Source: Paraspadella gotoi
Taxonomy: Eukaryota > Animalia > Chaetognatha
Reading direction: 5' to 3'
Length of the DNA stretch: 64,000 nt
NCBI GenBank assembly: GCA_051294375.1
Contig: CM119265.1
Span: forward strand, 9,370,772-9,434,771
Part shown: one piece after another, positions 1-12,659 of the stretch
Layout: each line of letters starts with the position of its first letter
Numbering within the stretch: position 1 is the stretch's first letter
Position numbers and translations under genes: made by a program
Notes under the pieces: model-generated
Databases searched by the model: none
Seen by the model: the letters and a program-made list of their open reading frames with translations, nothing else
Told to the model about the DNA's origin: nothing

Positions 1-3000
1 CATTGCAACTAACGGTGCAGCCAATTCTGGAGTTGAGCGAGTTGAGCAACCGCCAGTCCACAACAACAACGACGACGTCAAAAGGTTCGATGTTGTCCGT
101 TCCCGACGGAGGCGGCGGCGACGCCGTCCGGCGAACCGGGACGCTACAGAGGACGAGCAGCTTTAGGTAAAAATGTCGCCGACCTTTGATGATTAAAAAA
201 TAAACCTCGACGTTCGTTCGATGATTTTACATTTTTTTCTCTCCCACCCTTAAAAAAAAGAAATAAACCCGGATTCAAATCGGAATCCGAGTCTCAAGCG
301 GACAAAAACTTTGCCGCCCAGAACCGCGTGTGGCTCGTTCACGCCGCCGGCTTCACCGCCGCCACTCGACTTGACTCCGGCGCCTCTGACGCCGCCGCCG
401 TCTCTCTCCGTCTCGACGTCGGCGGTCAAACGCTCGAAGTCGAAGACGAAGACGTGGAGAAAATGAATGCGCCGTCGTTAGATCGCGTCGAGAACGTCGC
501 CCTCCTACCCTTCCTCAACGAATCCTCCTTCATGCACACTCTGCGCCAGCGCTACGGCTCCAATCTGGTGCACACTTTCGCCGGCCCGCACCTTCTCGTC
601 GTCAACCCCATGCACAGCCTTTCGGTCTACGCGGAGAAGGTGATGCAGCTGTTTCGCGGTTGCCGCAAGGAAGACCTGCCGCCGCACATCTACGCCACCG
701 CGCAATCAGCTTACCGAGCGCTGTTGAAAACGAGGAAAGAACAGGTTGGTTGACGTGTAAGTTCTTTACCTCATATGTTTTTAGTAAATTTAAAATTTAA
801 TTTCAATAATTTTCATTTTTATTTCTTATCAGTAATATTTTACCTAGCATACTTAATTTTCTAACTTTATTTTAAACGAATTACGTCAAACACTTCTTCT
901 CTAGTCTATCGTCCTCCTCGGGCGTTCTGGATCGGGCAAGACCTCGTCCGCGCGTCACGTGATCCACTTTCTCACCGCCGTCGCCGGCGCCGTCAACAAC
1001 GTCCTCAACGTCGAGAAGCTCAACGCGTTGTCGACTTTGCTCGAGGCGTTCGGCAACACTCGCACCACCATGAACACCAACGCCACTCGGTTCTCACAAC
1101 TCACCACGCTGGAGTTTGACTACAGGTGCAAAATTCTTTGTGCGTTTCGTTATGAACCTTCTTTGTTATGTTTTTTTATTTTATATTATCTATCTCTCCA
1201 TGTTTTCTTCCCGTCATTTTCAGCGGCCAAGTCGTAGGCGCTTCCATCCAAATCTTCCTCCTAGAAAAGTCTAGAGTCTGTCGTCGACCGGATGGAGAAC
1301 CCACTTTCCACGTCTTCTATCATCTACTTGCCGGTTGCGATCCCGAAGTGCGCGCCGAACTGCAGTTGCAGAATCTAAGCGAACCTAATCTGTTTATGAC
1401 GTCGCCGCAAAAGCCGGAGGATAAGCAGGTTCGAAAAAGGGTTCTATTGTGTACTTGTATATTGTATATGTGTATATGTGTATAACACATAAGATTTAAC
1501 TTAAGTTTTCGTGTACAAAGCAGAGAGTTTTAATTTTTAAGGTAACCGACTTTTTGTCGTCATTTTTTAGAGGGCTTCAACTATTTGGGAGCGAATCACG
1601 AAAGCCATGGAAACGTTGGGCATCAAAAAGGAAGAGGCGCGCGCCATCTGGTGCGTATTGGGTGCCATCTATCATCTCGGTTGTGCCGGCGCCACCAAAG
1701 GCACAAGCGCTGGTTCCAATCGGCCTCAATTTGCTAAACCGGCGCCGGCTCAGCGCGCAGCCGCTCTGTTAGGCACATCAATCGACGACCTGGGTCGCGC
1801 CATTTTCGCGCCGCACACGCACCACGCCTCCGCCAACAACTCCCTCTCCCCTCGTTCCCCGGCCTCGCTCTCTCGTTCCTTGACTCCATCTCACTCGCCT
1901 TCGGGCACGCTTGACCGCGGATCACAGATGCAGGCAAATACCTCCTCGGCGGCGATGGAGATGCTAGAGGGGTTCGTCATAGGGTTGTATGCTGAGGCCT
2001 TCGCGGCGCTGGTGTCGCTCATCAACCGGAACCTCTCATCGACGGGAACTCATCGCGCCATGTCGACTATAGGAGTGCTCGACTGTCCGGGAATTCAAAC
2101 GCCGAAGCCGTCGGGTGGGAAAGGGCCTAAAGGTCAGTTGATTGGCAACTGATTGACTGTTGATTGAAAGTTTAACTGATGCGGGAGGTGAAAATTATGT
2201 ATTTTAAAAAATATTATCAACTTTTCAGGCGCTTTCTTCGAAGACCTTTGCCACAACTACCTCCAGGAGCGCCTCCTCAGCGTTTTCAACGACCAGGCAT
2301 TCACCATTCCGCTAGAGCGCTACGCCCAAGAGAGCATCGGCGTGACGGACTCTGCCTCCAGCGCCACCTCCGCTTCGTCCTCAAGGGCGTCGAGCGTCTC
2401 GAACGGCAGCCTCGGAGATCTGAGGGAAGAGTTCGGCGTCGACGGCTCAACCTCCGTCAACGCCGAGATGATGGCCATCATAGATAAGCCCTCGCAGCAC
2501 GGGAGAGTCGCTGGAAGGTAGGAGAGCGTGGGAGGTGCTGTTGTGTTAAGAATGTTTTGCAGTCTGTTAGAGGGAGTGAAAGAGAGGGTATTAGAAAGAT
2601 TTAACAGTGGCTATAAAATTTTTGATCCGCTTTTACTAAATCCAGAACGAGTATGGACTTTTCCGGTGGCGCCGACAAAATGGGTCTCTTTTGGCTCCTC
2701 GATGAAGAGTCCATCTTCCCGGGATCAACGGACGAGAGCTTCGTCGATCGACTCTTTGTTCACCACCACAGGTGGGTCATTTTGGTGGACAGGAACGAAA
2801 GTTTTCTCGTAATTCTTTCTTCATTTAACATAAAATTAAGTTTTTCTAATGCATATTACTACATAGCTCTTTTGAACGCTAGTCAAGCATAAACATTAAT
2901 GATTAATCCTGTTATCTCTCGACTTTCAGCGATCCCGGGGATTTGCGCGGCCAATTCCAAACTCCGCTGTTGACTCGACCGTCCGCTGAAACCGCAACGG

Positions 3001-6000
3001 GCACCGACCCCGCCCTCCCTTCGCCGCCCTCATCCTCCTCTGATCCCGACCTTCGTTTTACCCTCCACCACCTCAACGGCACCTGCCCTGTAACCTACCA
3101 CGCCAAGGGGTGGCTCAAGGCCGCGCGGGAACACCAGTCGGCCAAGATGGCCACCGTGGTGCTGCAAGACTCGAGTCGGGAAAATGTGGGGTCGCTCTTC
3201 ATTGCAATGAGAGGACCGATTCCGTCCACGCTGAGTGGCTCGATGGCAGGTGCGTTGTGGGCAGGTGGCGAACATCGGAGAATTTTGAATTAATCATAAA
3301 TTTAGTTTCTCAAGTTTAATGTTTAAACATGTTTTTAAACATTGTTCTCTTTTTATTCTCTTAACATTTTTCTCTTCCTTTTATTTACAATTTCTTACCT
3401 TTTCATTTTGATTTCATTTCATTGCTTTTTCATTTTTTTTTTTCATTTTATATCAATTTAATTTCCTCTCGGTCTTCCTCTTTGATATTTTTTCCCCTTC
3501 TTAACGTCCTTTTGAGTTTTTTATATGAAGAAGCTCGCCTAAAACTAATTAATTAAATAATTAATAATAATAATAATAATTAATAATTAATTAACTAATT
3601 AATTAATTAAACTAATTAAGTTTGCTCTTTTTGATTCTTTCTCCAGGTCTTGTCGATTCGACGCCTTCGTCTTCCCTCCGACGAGCCGCTTCGGTCCGTC
3701 GCTCCTTCACCTCTTCTGCTTCCCCTGGCATCAAGAGAAAAACGTTTTGCCTTCAAATCAAGTTTCAAGTAAAGTTCTGATTTCTCTTTTATTTTTATTA
3801 TTCTAAGAATGATCGTCAATTTTCCGCCGCGCGTTTCAATTCAAGGCGGACTCGTTGACGGACTCGCTCCGTCGCTCCCAGTGCCACTTCGTCCACTGCC
3901 TTCTCCCGAAACGCGACGCCGGATTGTGCGACCTGAAGCCGACAAACGAGTTGAAGGCGGCGGGTCTGTCGAACGGCGACGCGTCTCCTTCGCCGGTCAC
4001 GTCTCCCGTCGCCGCCGCCGACAACTGCCTCGACGTCCCCTTGCTCAGGGAACAGCTCAGGGGGTACAAGGTCAGTTTGTGGGATGATAAGTGAAAATTA
4101 AGAAAAGAGCATGAACTAGTAGTACTATGTTATTAAAACATTTAAACAGTACAGGAGAGAGAGAGAGAGAGAGAATGTTTGTGTGAGTCATCAGTCATAA
4201 ATTTTCTTATCTCATTTTCCTTTTAGATTTTAGAAGCCGTCCGCCTTCACCGTCAGGGATTCCCCGACCACATGCTCTGCTCCGAGTTTCGTCGCAGCTT
4301 TGAGATTCTCGCCCCGTCGGACAAGCGGTCGACGGTGGCGCCGCTCGATGAGGTCAAAGCCGTCGAGGAGCTCGCCCTCAAACACCTCGAGCTCGACAAG
4401 AATCTCTTCAAGCTCGGTCTCAGCAGAATCTTCTTTCGAGCCGGTAATGAATGGGCTTTAGTGGAATTGTTAACGAACATTTTTTTTCTGCGAAAGTAAA
4501 TCTAAAATAATGACTTCTTTTTAAGACTAACAACAATAATATTCTCTACAGGGGCACTGGCACAACTGGAAGACAAGCGAGATTCGCGCGTGGCCTCCAC
4601 GTTGACTGCCTTCCAAGCCAGATGCCGAGGATTCTTGGTCCGTAGAAATCTCAAAAAGCTCCAGGTTCAGGACCTGGCCATTAGATGCATACAGAAGAAC
4701 CTTCGCAAGTATTACGCTGTTAAGCAATGGCCCTGGTGGTCCCTCTACACAAAAGGTGAGTTTGTATAGCCTATAGCCAACAGGATGTAAGTTTAGCATA
4801 TATTAAAGTACCAGGGGTATAACTCCTTTCTCTTTTCCGTCAGTTTTACCTTTACTGAACGTTCATCGAACCGAGGAGGAATTAACCGCAGCAAACGAAG
4901 AACTGGAGTCTTTGCGGCAGAAGATGCAGAAGGTTGAAAAAGAGAAGAACGCGATGCAGCAAAGAAATACGTTCCTTGAGTCTCGACTCACGGAACTAAC
5001 GTCAGACTTGCAGGTTAAATTTAGTTTGTTTGTATCTTAAGTTTGCTTTGCATCCCAGATTCCCTTACTTAGATCAAAATTTTGTTTCTTAGGAGGAGCA
5101 AACTTCGGCTTCCCACGCGTCGGAAATGCTCGACACCGAAGTCGCCGAAAGAATTCGGCTCGACAGAGACTTGAAGGAGTTGACCTCGCGAAATTCGGCG
5201 TTGCAAAAGAAGGTGGACAATTTGGAGATGGAGCTCTACGAGTCGCGGGCCATCAACGCTCACGTCGACCAAACGCTGGAGGACGACGAGGATTTGGACG
5301 CCTCCTTCTTCAAACAGAAACTTGACAGGTCTGTTTAAGAAATTGGAAAATCAATTGCGTAATTCTGTCAGCATGTCCCATCCTTGTAGAACCGTTCGTG
5401 AGCTGGAACTATTTAAGAAGAAGGCCTCGCAGCAAGACGAGGAAAACGAGGAAAAGTTGGAACAAATGAAGAAGCTCATGGAGCGGCGCGTCAATGAGAC
5501 CAACCTTGAGACGGACGAGATGCAGCGACAGATGCAGCACTGGAAACGGAACTCGCAGCGCATCAACAGCGAGATGCAGGACCTGAAACTAATCATGGAA
5601 GAGCAGCAGAGCCGCAACGCCGAGTTGGAAAAAAAGCAGCGACGCTTCGATGCGGAGCTTAACAGAGAAAAGCAGGAGGCGCAGGAATATCGCGAGGAGA
5701 AGGAAAAACTCCAGAGAGAGAAAGAACAGACGATGGCGGACAAGTTCGCACTGGACGCCGAGCTCTCCCAAGTCAAGGGTGATCTGGAGATAAGCGAAGC
5801 CAAGGTCGAACGAATTGAGCACGAGCTTAAAGACATCACCACGACGACCATCGGGGGTGATCAAGAGGTTCTACGGCTCAAGAGGGTCAAGCACGAGTTG
5901 GAGATGAAGCTCAAGGAGCAAGAGGAGGAGTTGGACGAGCAGGCGGGAACTATTCAGCAGCTTGAGCAGGCTAAGCTCAAGTTGGAAATGCAGAGTTCAA

Positions 6001-7499
6001 AGAGCAGCATTCAGTACCAAAAGGACTTGGACAGCAAAGAAGAGGAGTTGGAGCAGGCGCGGTTCGCCACGCAGAAGCGCATCAAGACATTGGAACTGCA
6101 GTTGGAGGACGAACACGAGGAGAAGTCGACACTTTTAAGAGAAAAGCGCACTTTGGAGAAACAACTCCGCGAGGCGCTGGAGCGCAGCCCCAAGAGGGAC
6201 AAGGGGGCCGAAAAGCGTTTGCGCGGAAAATTGAAACGAACCGACGCGTTGCTGCGCGACGCTCAGATGGCCTTGGAAAAATTGCCCGACAGCGGAGCCA
6301 ACATCAAGTCGTTAAGGAATCAACTGGAGGATTCGGAATTCGCCAAGCAGTCGGCGATAAAAGCCAAAACCTCGCTTGAGACAGATTTGAGCGAAGTTCA
6401 GGCGCAGTTGGAGGACGTCAGGCTTTCCAAACAGGTTAGACTTCATGTCTTTTCAAGATCCAGCAAATCATATTTGAATCCGACGCTTCGTCATCGAGTA
6501 TTTTAGGCTATTTTATAAATCTAATTCTCTCGTAGAAGTCAGCAATAACTACATACGTACAGAAGGGGTGTTGAATTTGGAGTTATTCGTTTTTGTTTTC
6601 CCCAGGATGCGGAGCGAAAGGCGATCGACGCCGCTCGCGCCAACAACGACTTCCAATCTCAGCTCGACGAAGTGAACGAAGAGCTGGCAGAAGTCATGAA
6701 AAAGTACAAAGCGTCCGTTCAACAGGCCTCCGTCGACCACATCACCATCAACGACCTCCTCAACCAGATCGGCGATCTCGAGCGCGAAAAAGAGTCGCAG
6801 GCCGAGCAGCTGGCGACTCTGCAAGCCAAGGCCGCTTACCTCGAAGGAAGCTGCGTAGAAAAGACAGAACTGACCCGACTTGAGGCCAAGTGTCGCGATT
6901 TGGAGTCGCGACTCGACCTGGAATCTTCGCAGAAGCAGCGGATGGAATCCCAACTCGCCCGACTCAAGGACGCCAATGACAAGATATCCGTCGAATTCGA
7001 TGATCAGAAGGTCGCCGCCGAACGAGAGCGGGAGACCGCGCGTCGGGCCGTAAAGGCGTCCAAAGACATGCAGGAGGAAATGGCGGAGTTGCAGCGGAAG
7101 GAAACGGAGTTCTCTATGCGAAAGTCGGAGCTAGAGACGCAGGCGTCGACGGCGGAGGAGGCGCTGGAAGCTGCGCAGACTGACCTCAAACTTGCCTTTA
7201 AACGCATCAACGATCTTCAGGCAGCGTTGGAGGATCCCGGGGACTCAGACTCGGACCTCACGGATTCGGAAGATGACGACGAATCGGACTTAGACGACGA
7301 CGATGACGACAACTTCTTGCAAAATCCCCGACTGCGGCCGCAGAATAGATCGAGCGGTTTAGGTTCGGCCGCATCATCGACGCACTCTCTTCAGAGTCTT
7401 GAAGACTCCTCGGCGCGGTTATCTGCCCGGAGGCTGGATTCTTTGGCTGGAGCGCCCACCTACAGTAATGCCTCGCACGAGGATAACGATGATCTTTGA
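1..7499 (+). CDS. MYO18A: Unconventional myosin XVIII (multi-exon, 5' end outside window): motor domain, IQ region, long coiled-coil tail
   Basis: Spliced ORFs give [25 protein letters not shown]-loop [50 protein letters not shown], coiled-coil ORFs 5322-6506 and 6672-7499 with [18 protein letters not shown] typical of MYO18; GT-AG introns between exons; stop at 7497-7499. Confidence 0.92.
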
Positions 7500-8402
7500 C
7501 CAGAGGGATTGAATGGGATCGTAACTTTAGATCCATATCAACGATCATAGCAACTTTCGTGTTAAATCGAGGCAAATTTAAAAAAAAAACAAAAGACGTT
7601 CAAACTTCGGTGGAAGTTTTGTTTGGGAAAAGGGAACTTTGGTTTTCGGTTAAATTCTTCTTTCATAATCGTCTGGAAGTGAAAGTACAGAAAACTCAAG
7701 TCTATTAATCTGTAAAACACCTATTATGTTTATGGTGGTTTTGACAACTCCCTCGTTGGTTCTTGGTATTTTTGTTACTCTGGAGCCATATGCTATGCCA
7801 TATTAAAATTTTAATAATTACAAATCTCGATTTTTGTGTAAGGTGGTTAAAATCATCTATAATTATTGTGCCAATCTGGTCGGCTTATGCTCTCACTTTT
7901 TGCTACTACACTGTCAGGGTGATTTTGATATTTTTTTAGACGGAATAGTTTTATTTTTTTACCATAGTTTTTCTCTTTATTATCTGATCAGAAAATATTA
8001 TTTTATATATCTATAGTCGCCCATGTAATCACACGGCGTATTAAAAATTTATTATTCACCCACACCATCGTATCCTGATTTCGAAACTAAATGAAGATAA
8101 TCAAATCTGATTCTCCAAATAGATATTATACAATATATACATCTCACTGTTTATTTACTGATGATATGTATGAGGTTCCAAGAATTTTTTTATTCTTTCC
8201 CGCTTTGCTTCGCGTCTATGGTCGCTTTATTTTTTATTTGTATAGAGCCCTTGAAAGATGCGGGGCTTTCGAAGTGGTTGAAATAAGCCGTTCAAAAATG
8301 GGAACTGAACTTACGACTAAAAAAACAACGAAAAACAGATCCAGAGAAACAAACTTATAAATAAAATTGACTTTACGCGATCGTAAATTAGACGGGGGAA
8401 AA

Positions 8403-11400
8403 ATGTCTCATCTTTCCGGAAGCATGGTGACTTTGGCAGGCACGCAGGCCCCGAAGCCAAAGGCCGTAGCGAGGCTCGAGATTGAGATCAACAAGATTCG
8501 CTCGGAATGCAACTGGAGGCGAGGGATGGACCTCACCCAGCAGCAGGTGGGATAAGGGTTGGTGATTCATTCGAGGTATTTTAAACTCCGAACTCGCCCT
8601 TGTTTTTAATTTAAGGCATATAACAAAACAAAATTTAAAAAGATTAAATTAGGAACGTTTAGAAGTGAGACTTTTATCTTTACCCTTTGCTCCCAGTTAC
8701 CCCCCGCCGTACTCCGTGCTCCCGGAGTAGAACCTTTGCTCGAGCTTCTCCGTTGCGAATCCATGCTCGAACCCTACCTCCGCGAAAACCCGCCCACCGA
8801 AGCCAATATTAACAGAGCGAAGGGACATTTGAGACAAGCGCAGACGGATCTGACCAAACTCGTCCGGGTGAGTGAGGAAAACTTGAAGAGACCATGGAGC
8901 GAGACTTCGACCTCTTACTTCTGCCGTTCCCCAAGGCCGACCACCCTATCGAGATTGCCAAAGAGAGTCGCCTCCTTCTGGCCAAAGTTTTCTACGCCAT
9001 TGGTCAATTCGACGAGGCTCTCAACCTCTACCAACAGACAAACCTCGACAACTTCCTCGTGGAGACTCCCACCTCTCACCTGGTCAGAATGCTCGCCGAA
9101 GCCTATGCCATTTACGGCATGTGTTTGGAGAAGATCTTGCCCCCCCAGGCCAACGGTCATGGCCTGGCCAAAAGAGAAGTGAGACATTGGCAAATGTCAA
9201 GTTTTTGAAAAAAAGGGCCCCCAAAAATAAAGTTTAACCGACATTTAACGTTTTCTAGGACTCTCCTCCGCCCCTGTCTCCCATGTCTGAAGACATGGAC
9301 TGCGACCCGGAAAAGGCTGTCGTAAAATGCTTTGAGCGTTCGGGCGACCTCTCCCTTCTCTACCTCCAAGAGTGCGACAAGATGGGCCAGGCTCTGCCAA
9401 CCTATCAGACATACCTCGAAAGCGGCCAGGTTGTTTCGGTGTCTCTCGAATAGCGGAGTTTATTAACAAATTTGAATTTACTAATTAACCTCTTTTCGGC
9501 CCTTCCAATCTTAGCTACTGACCATGGGTCAGAACGCCGGTCCCGTGCTGGACTCAGCCCTGCGCCGATCTCCGCTACTTCATCTCAAGTCGGGTGACCT
9601 GGGCGCCGCTGTCGGTCGATTTCGAACCATGCTGCAGGCGGTAGAGGCGCGGTCAACCCGCCAGCTGCGACAGACGCTTGCCCGGCAATTGGCCGAAGTA
9701 TTGCTTCGGGGTCAGTTATAGCCATTGTTTGATGTTTTAAATTATATAGTGTAGTATCCGGCGANNNNNNNNNNTTTTTCTCTTTCTAAGGCGTCTCGGA
9801 AGCATCCTACCGCCGCATTCACACTCCTGCTGATGTGCCCTTTCGCGGCCCCGCCACGCCCTCCAACGTTGAGCCTCGTTTCCACAGCGGCGAGGGCGTC
9901 TTCTGTCCGGCCAATCACCACGAGGAAACACTGCTCTTGCTGCTCATCAGCGAATGCCTGGCGACGCAGGAGGCCGTTTTGAATCGATCTTCGGAGCACG
10001 AAGAAGCTCGTGTGGCCTCCGTAGCCGAAACCACCTCCGTCTACGACCTTCTCACCCTATGCCTCGTTCGTTGGGCGCAGTTCAACCTCCTCGCCGACTC
10101 TTTCGAACGCGCCATGAAGTTTTCGTACGAGGACTTTCACGTTTGGTCAGTTACGGCAACTCTTTTTCGGGCCGATCAACATTGAAATCTTTTGTTTGTT
10201 TTTTTGTTTTTTTGCTTAGGTATCAGTTCGGTCTCTCCCTTATCTGCACGGGGAAATTCGCGAGGGCGCTGCTTGTTCTGGACGAGTGCGCGAGAATACG
10301 ACCCACCAACTACCAGGCGCGTTAAAAGAAACTAAAAAGCTTAATGAAAAATGGGAATGACTAAATTTTCTTCAGGTGCGGCTGCTGGCAGCGCGCGTCT
10401 GTATCGAGCGACTGAACAAATTCGACGCGGCGATTCAGTATGCCGAGGAAGCCATCGATGCCGCCGTCGAAGAAAACGACTCCATCAACGCAGCCAAGGG
10501 TCATCTTTGTCTGGTTAGTTGTGATGGGTAATGATTGCATGATGATAATCATTAAAAAAATACATTAGCAAAATTTTAAATTATAACTTATGTAGTTACA
10601 AAAGATATTATTTAGATTCAGCTAGCCCTTCAAATATAAAAATGCTTAAACAACCTTTGGCAGGGTCTGTCTTATGCCTTCAAGTCAGAACTGGCGCGCC
10701 TCCACGCAGATCGGCAGACCCTGCACAAATCGGCCATCGACAGTCTCGTCAAAGCCGCCAACCTGGATCCTTACGATCATCTGTCACGGTTTCACCTTGC
10801 GTATTTAATGGCCAGCAATCGACAAATTGGGGCCGCATTGTCTCAGGTTCGTTTCCATGTTTTTCTCGCTTTTCATGCGAAATAATGAACTCGAATTCAC
10901 CTGATCCCAGGTTCGTAAAGCGTTGGAACTTCGTCCCGACCATCTCCACTCCCTCCACCTCCTCGCCCTCCTCTTCACTTCTCAACGCAAGTACGACGAT
11001 GCCTCGACGCTGTTGACGACCGCCTTGAGCGAATACCCCGATAATCTCAGTCTAATTCTCACCCGATCGAGGATCGAGGAGGAGATCGGGTAAGACGAGC
11101 AGAATTGGCCGATTCCACTATTATAATGGGAAAAGGGTCATTTTCACTGTCTCGATCATCAATAGTGCCGTTGACGAGTCGCTGACGTCAGTTAAGCAAG
11201 CTTTAAAAATTTGGCGCGAGACGCAAGAGGCCGAACTGCAATCGCAATCCGCGGCAGCCGAAACGGAGACCAACAGGGGGACTGGTGAGAAAATTTGCTC
11301 TTTAAAATATATATTGGTAAAAAATAATAAGTAATAATAAATTATAAATTAATAATAAATAAAAAATACTAAAAATTATATTGGTTGTACCAATTTCATT

Positions 11401-12304
11401 GAAGATCGACGACGAGAAACATTGCGCTTTAAATCGCTATTTTCTCAGGCCTCATCGATCGCGTGACAAATGACAAGCGACACATGGTGCAGATTCAGAT
11501 CTCGGAATTGTCGGACCGGGATTCTGGCGGCGGAGCTTCCCTGACGACGCCCTCGTTAGCGACCACCTCCAGGGTGGATCAAACCATTTCCGACGCCGCA
11601 TCGTCCTGGAGTCTTAGTTATTCGCAACTCAAATCCGGTGAGTAGGACATTTTGTTTTGGAGTTATGACATATTTTTTCAAGGGCCGAATAAACGAGCCT
11701 GAGGTTGTTCTCATTGGCGAGCGCTCAATCTTACTAGGTCCTCGTTCCATGTGGGAGTTACAAGTGCAACTGTGGTTGCACCTGGCCGATCACTACTTGC
11801 GCCACGAAAGAGTGACGGACGCCCAAGCAGCAGTCCTCGAGGCCGTGGCCATTGGCCAAGGACTGGCCTGCGGACCGCAAGTTATCTACATGCGCGGCCG
11901 TGTCCACGAAGCTGCCCTTGAGTTCGAGTCGGCGCGAAGATGCTATGCAGACACAATCGCCATCGTTCCCAACCATCTCGACGCCACGATTCATTTCGGT
12001 TCGTTCCTTGTTGTTTTGTTGTTTTGTTTAAAGTTGTTTTGGTTGAAGCAGTTTTAGTCACGATCCCTCTTCGCCTTCAGGACGCGTGACTCTCTTCCTC
12101 GGCTCGCCTCGTTTGGCGGAAAAGATTCTCCGCGACGCCGTCCGTCTGGACCCGCGCAGCGAGACGGCCTGGCGATCACTCGGCGAAGTGTTGGAGACTT
12201 TAAAGGAGCACGCCGAGGCGGCGTCCTGCTTCGTCACGGCGCTTGACCTCGAGAGCACGGCGCCCGTGCTTCCCTTCGATGTTATTCCGAAGGCGTTGTT
12301 GTGA
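8403..12304 (+). CDS. TTC7: Tetratricopeptide repeat protein 7 (PI4KA complex scaffold), multi-exon
   Basis: RLEIEINKIRSECNW start, FERSGDLSLLYLQE, RQTLARQLAEVLLRG, FCPANHHEETLLLLLISE, FERAMKF, C-terminal LAEKILRDAVRLDP...ALDLESTAPVLPFDVIPKAL; 10-N gap at 9764-9773 lies in an intron. Confidence 0.9.
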
Positions 12305-12659
12305 GATTGATGGTGGACTTTCCTGGGTTTTCGCTACATCACCGATTCTGTATTGTTCCAAGCTTACGCAGTTATTACTTATTAATATACACCGATTCAT
12401 CATTAGTATCCTTACAAGATCTCATCTTCCAGCTAGTCAAAACAAATTACCGAATCTACCAACCATAAAAAATATTACTTTTAGTGGTATAACAGTGATT
12501 TGTGTCTGTCTTGATACTAGTTTTTACGCATTCTCTCTGTTTTAATTAAACCGAAACCTCTTTATCTTCAATCTAAAAAAAAAAAGAAGGAATTGGGTTT
12601 TAAGGACAGGCCGAACATTTAGAAAATATTAATGGCTTTCATTGATAATTAAGAGGACA

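Noticed and set aside
5351-5864. Long antisense ORFs opposite coding exons (also 52075-52539, 53075-53536, 58689-59102)
   Set aside because: Shadow ORFs of GC-rich, codon-biased exons with no independent protein features
9764-9773. Possible disruption of TTC7
   Set aside because: Assembly gap of Ns inside an intron; flanking exons stay in frame
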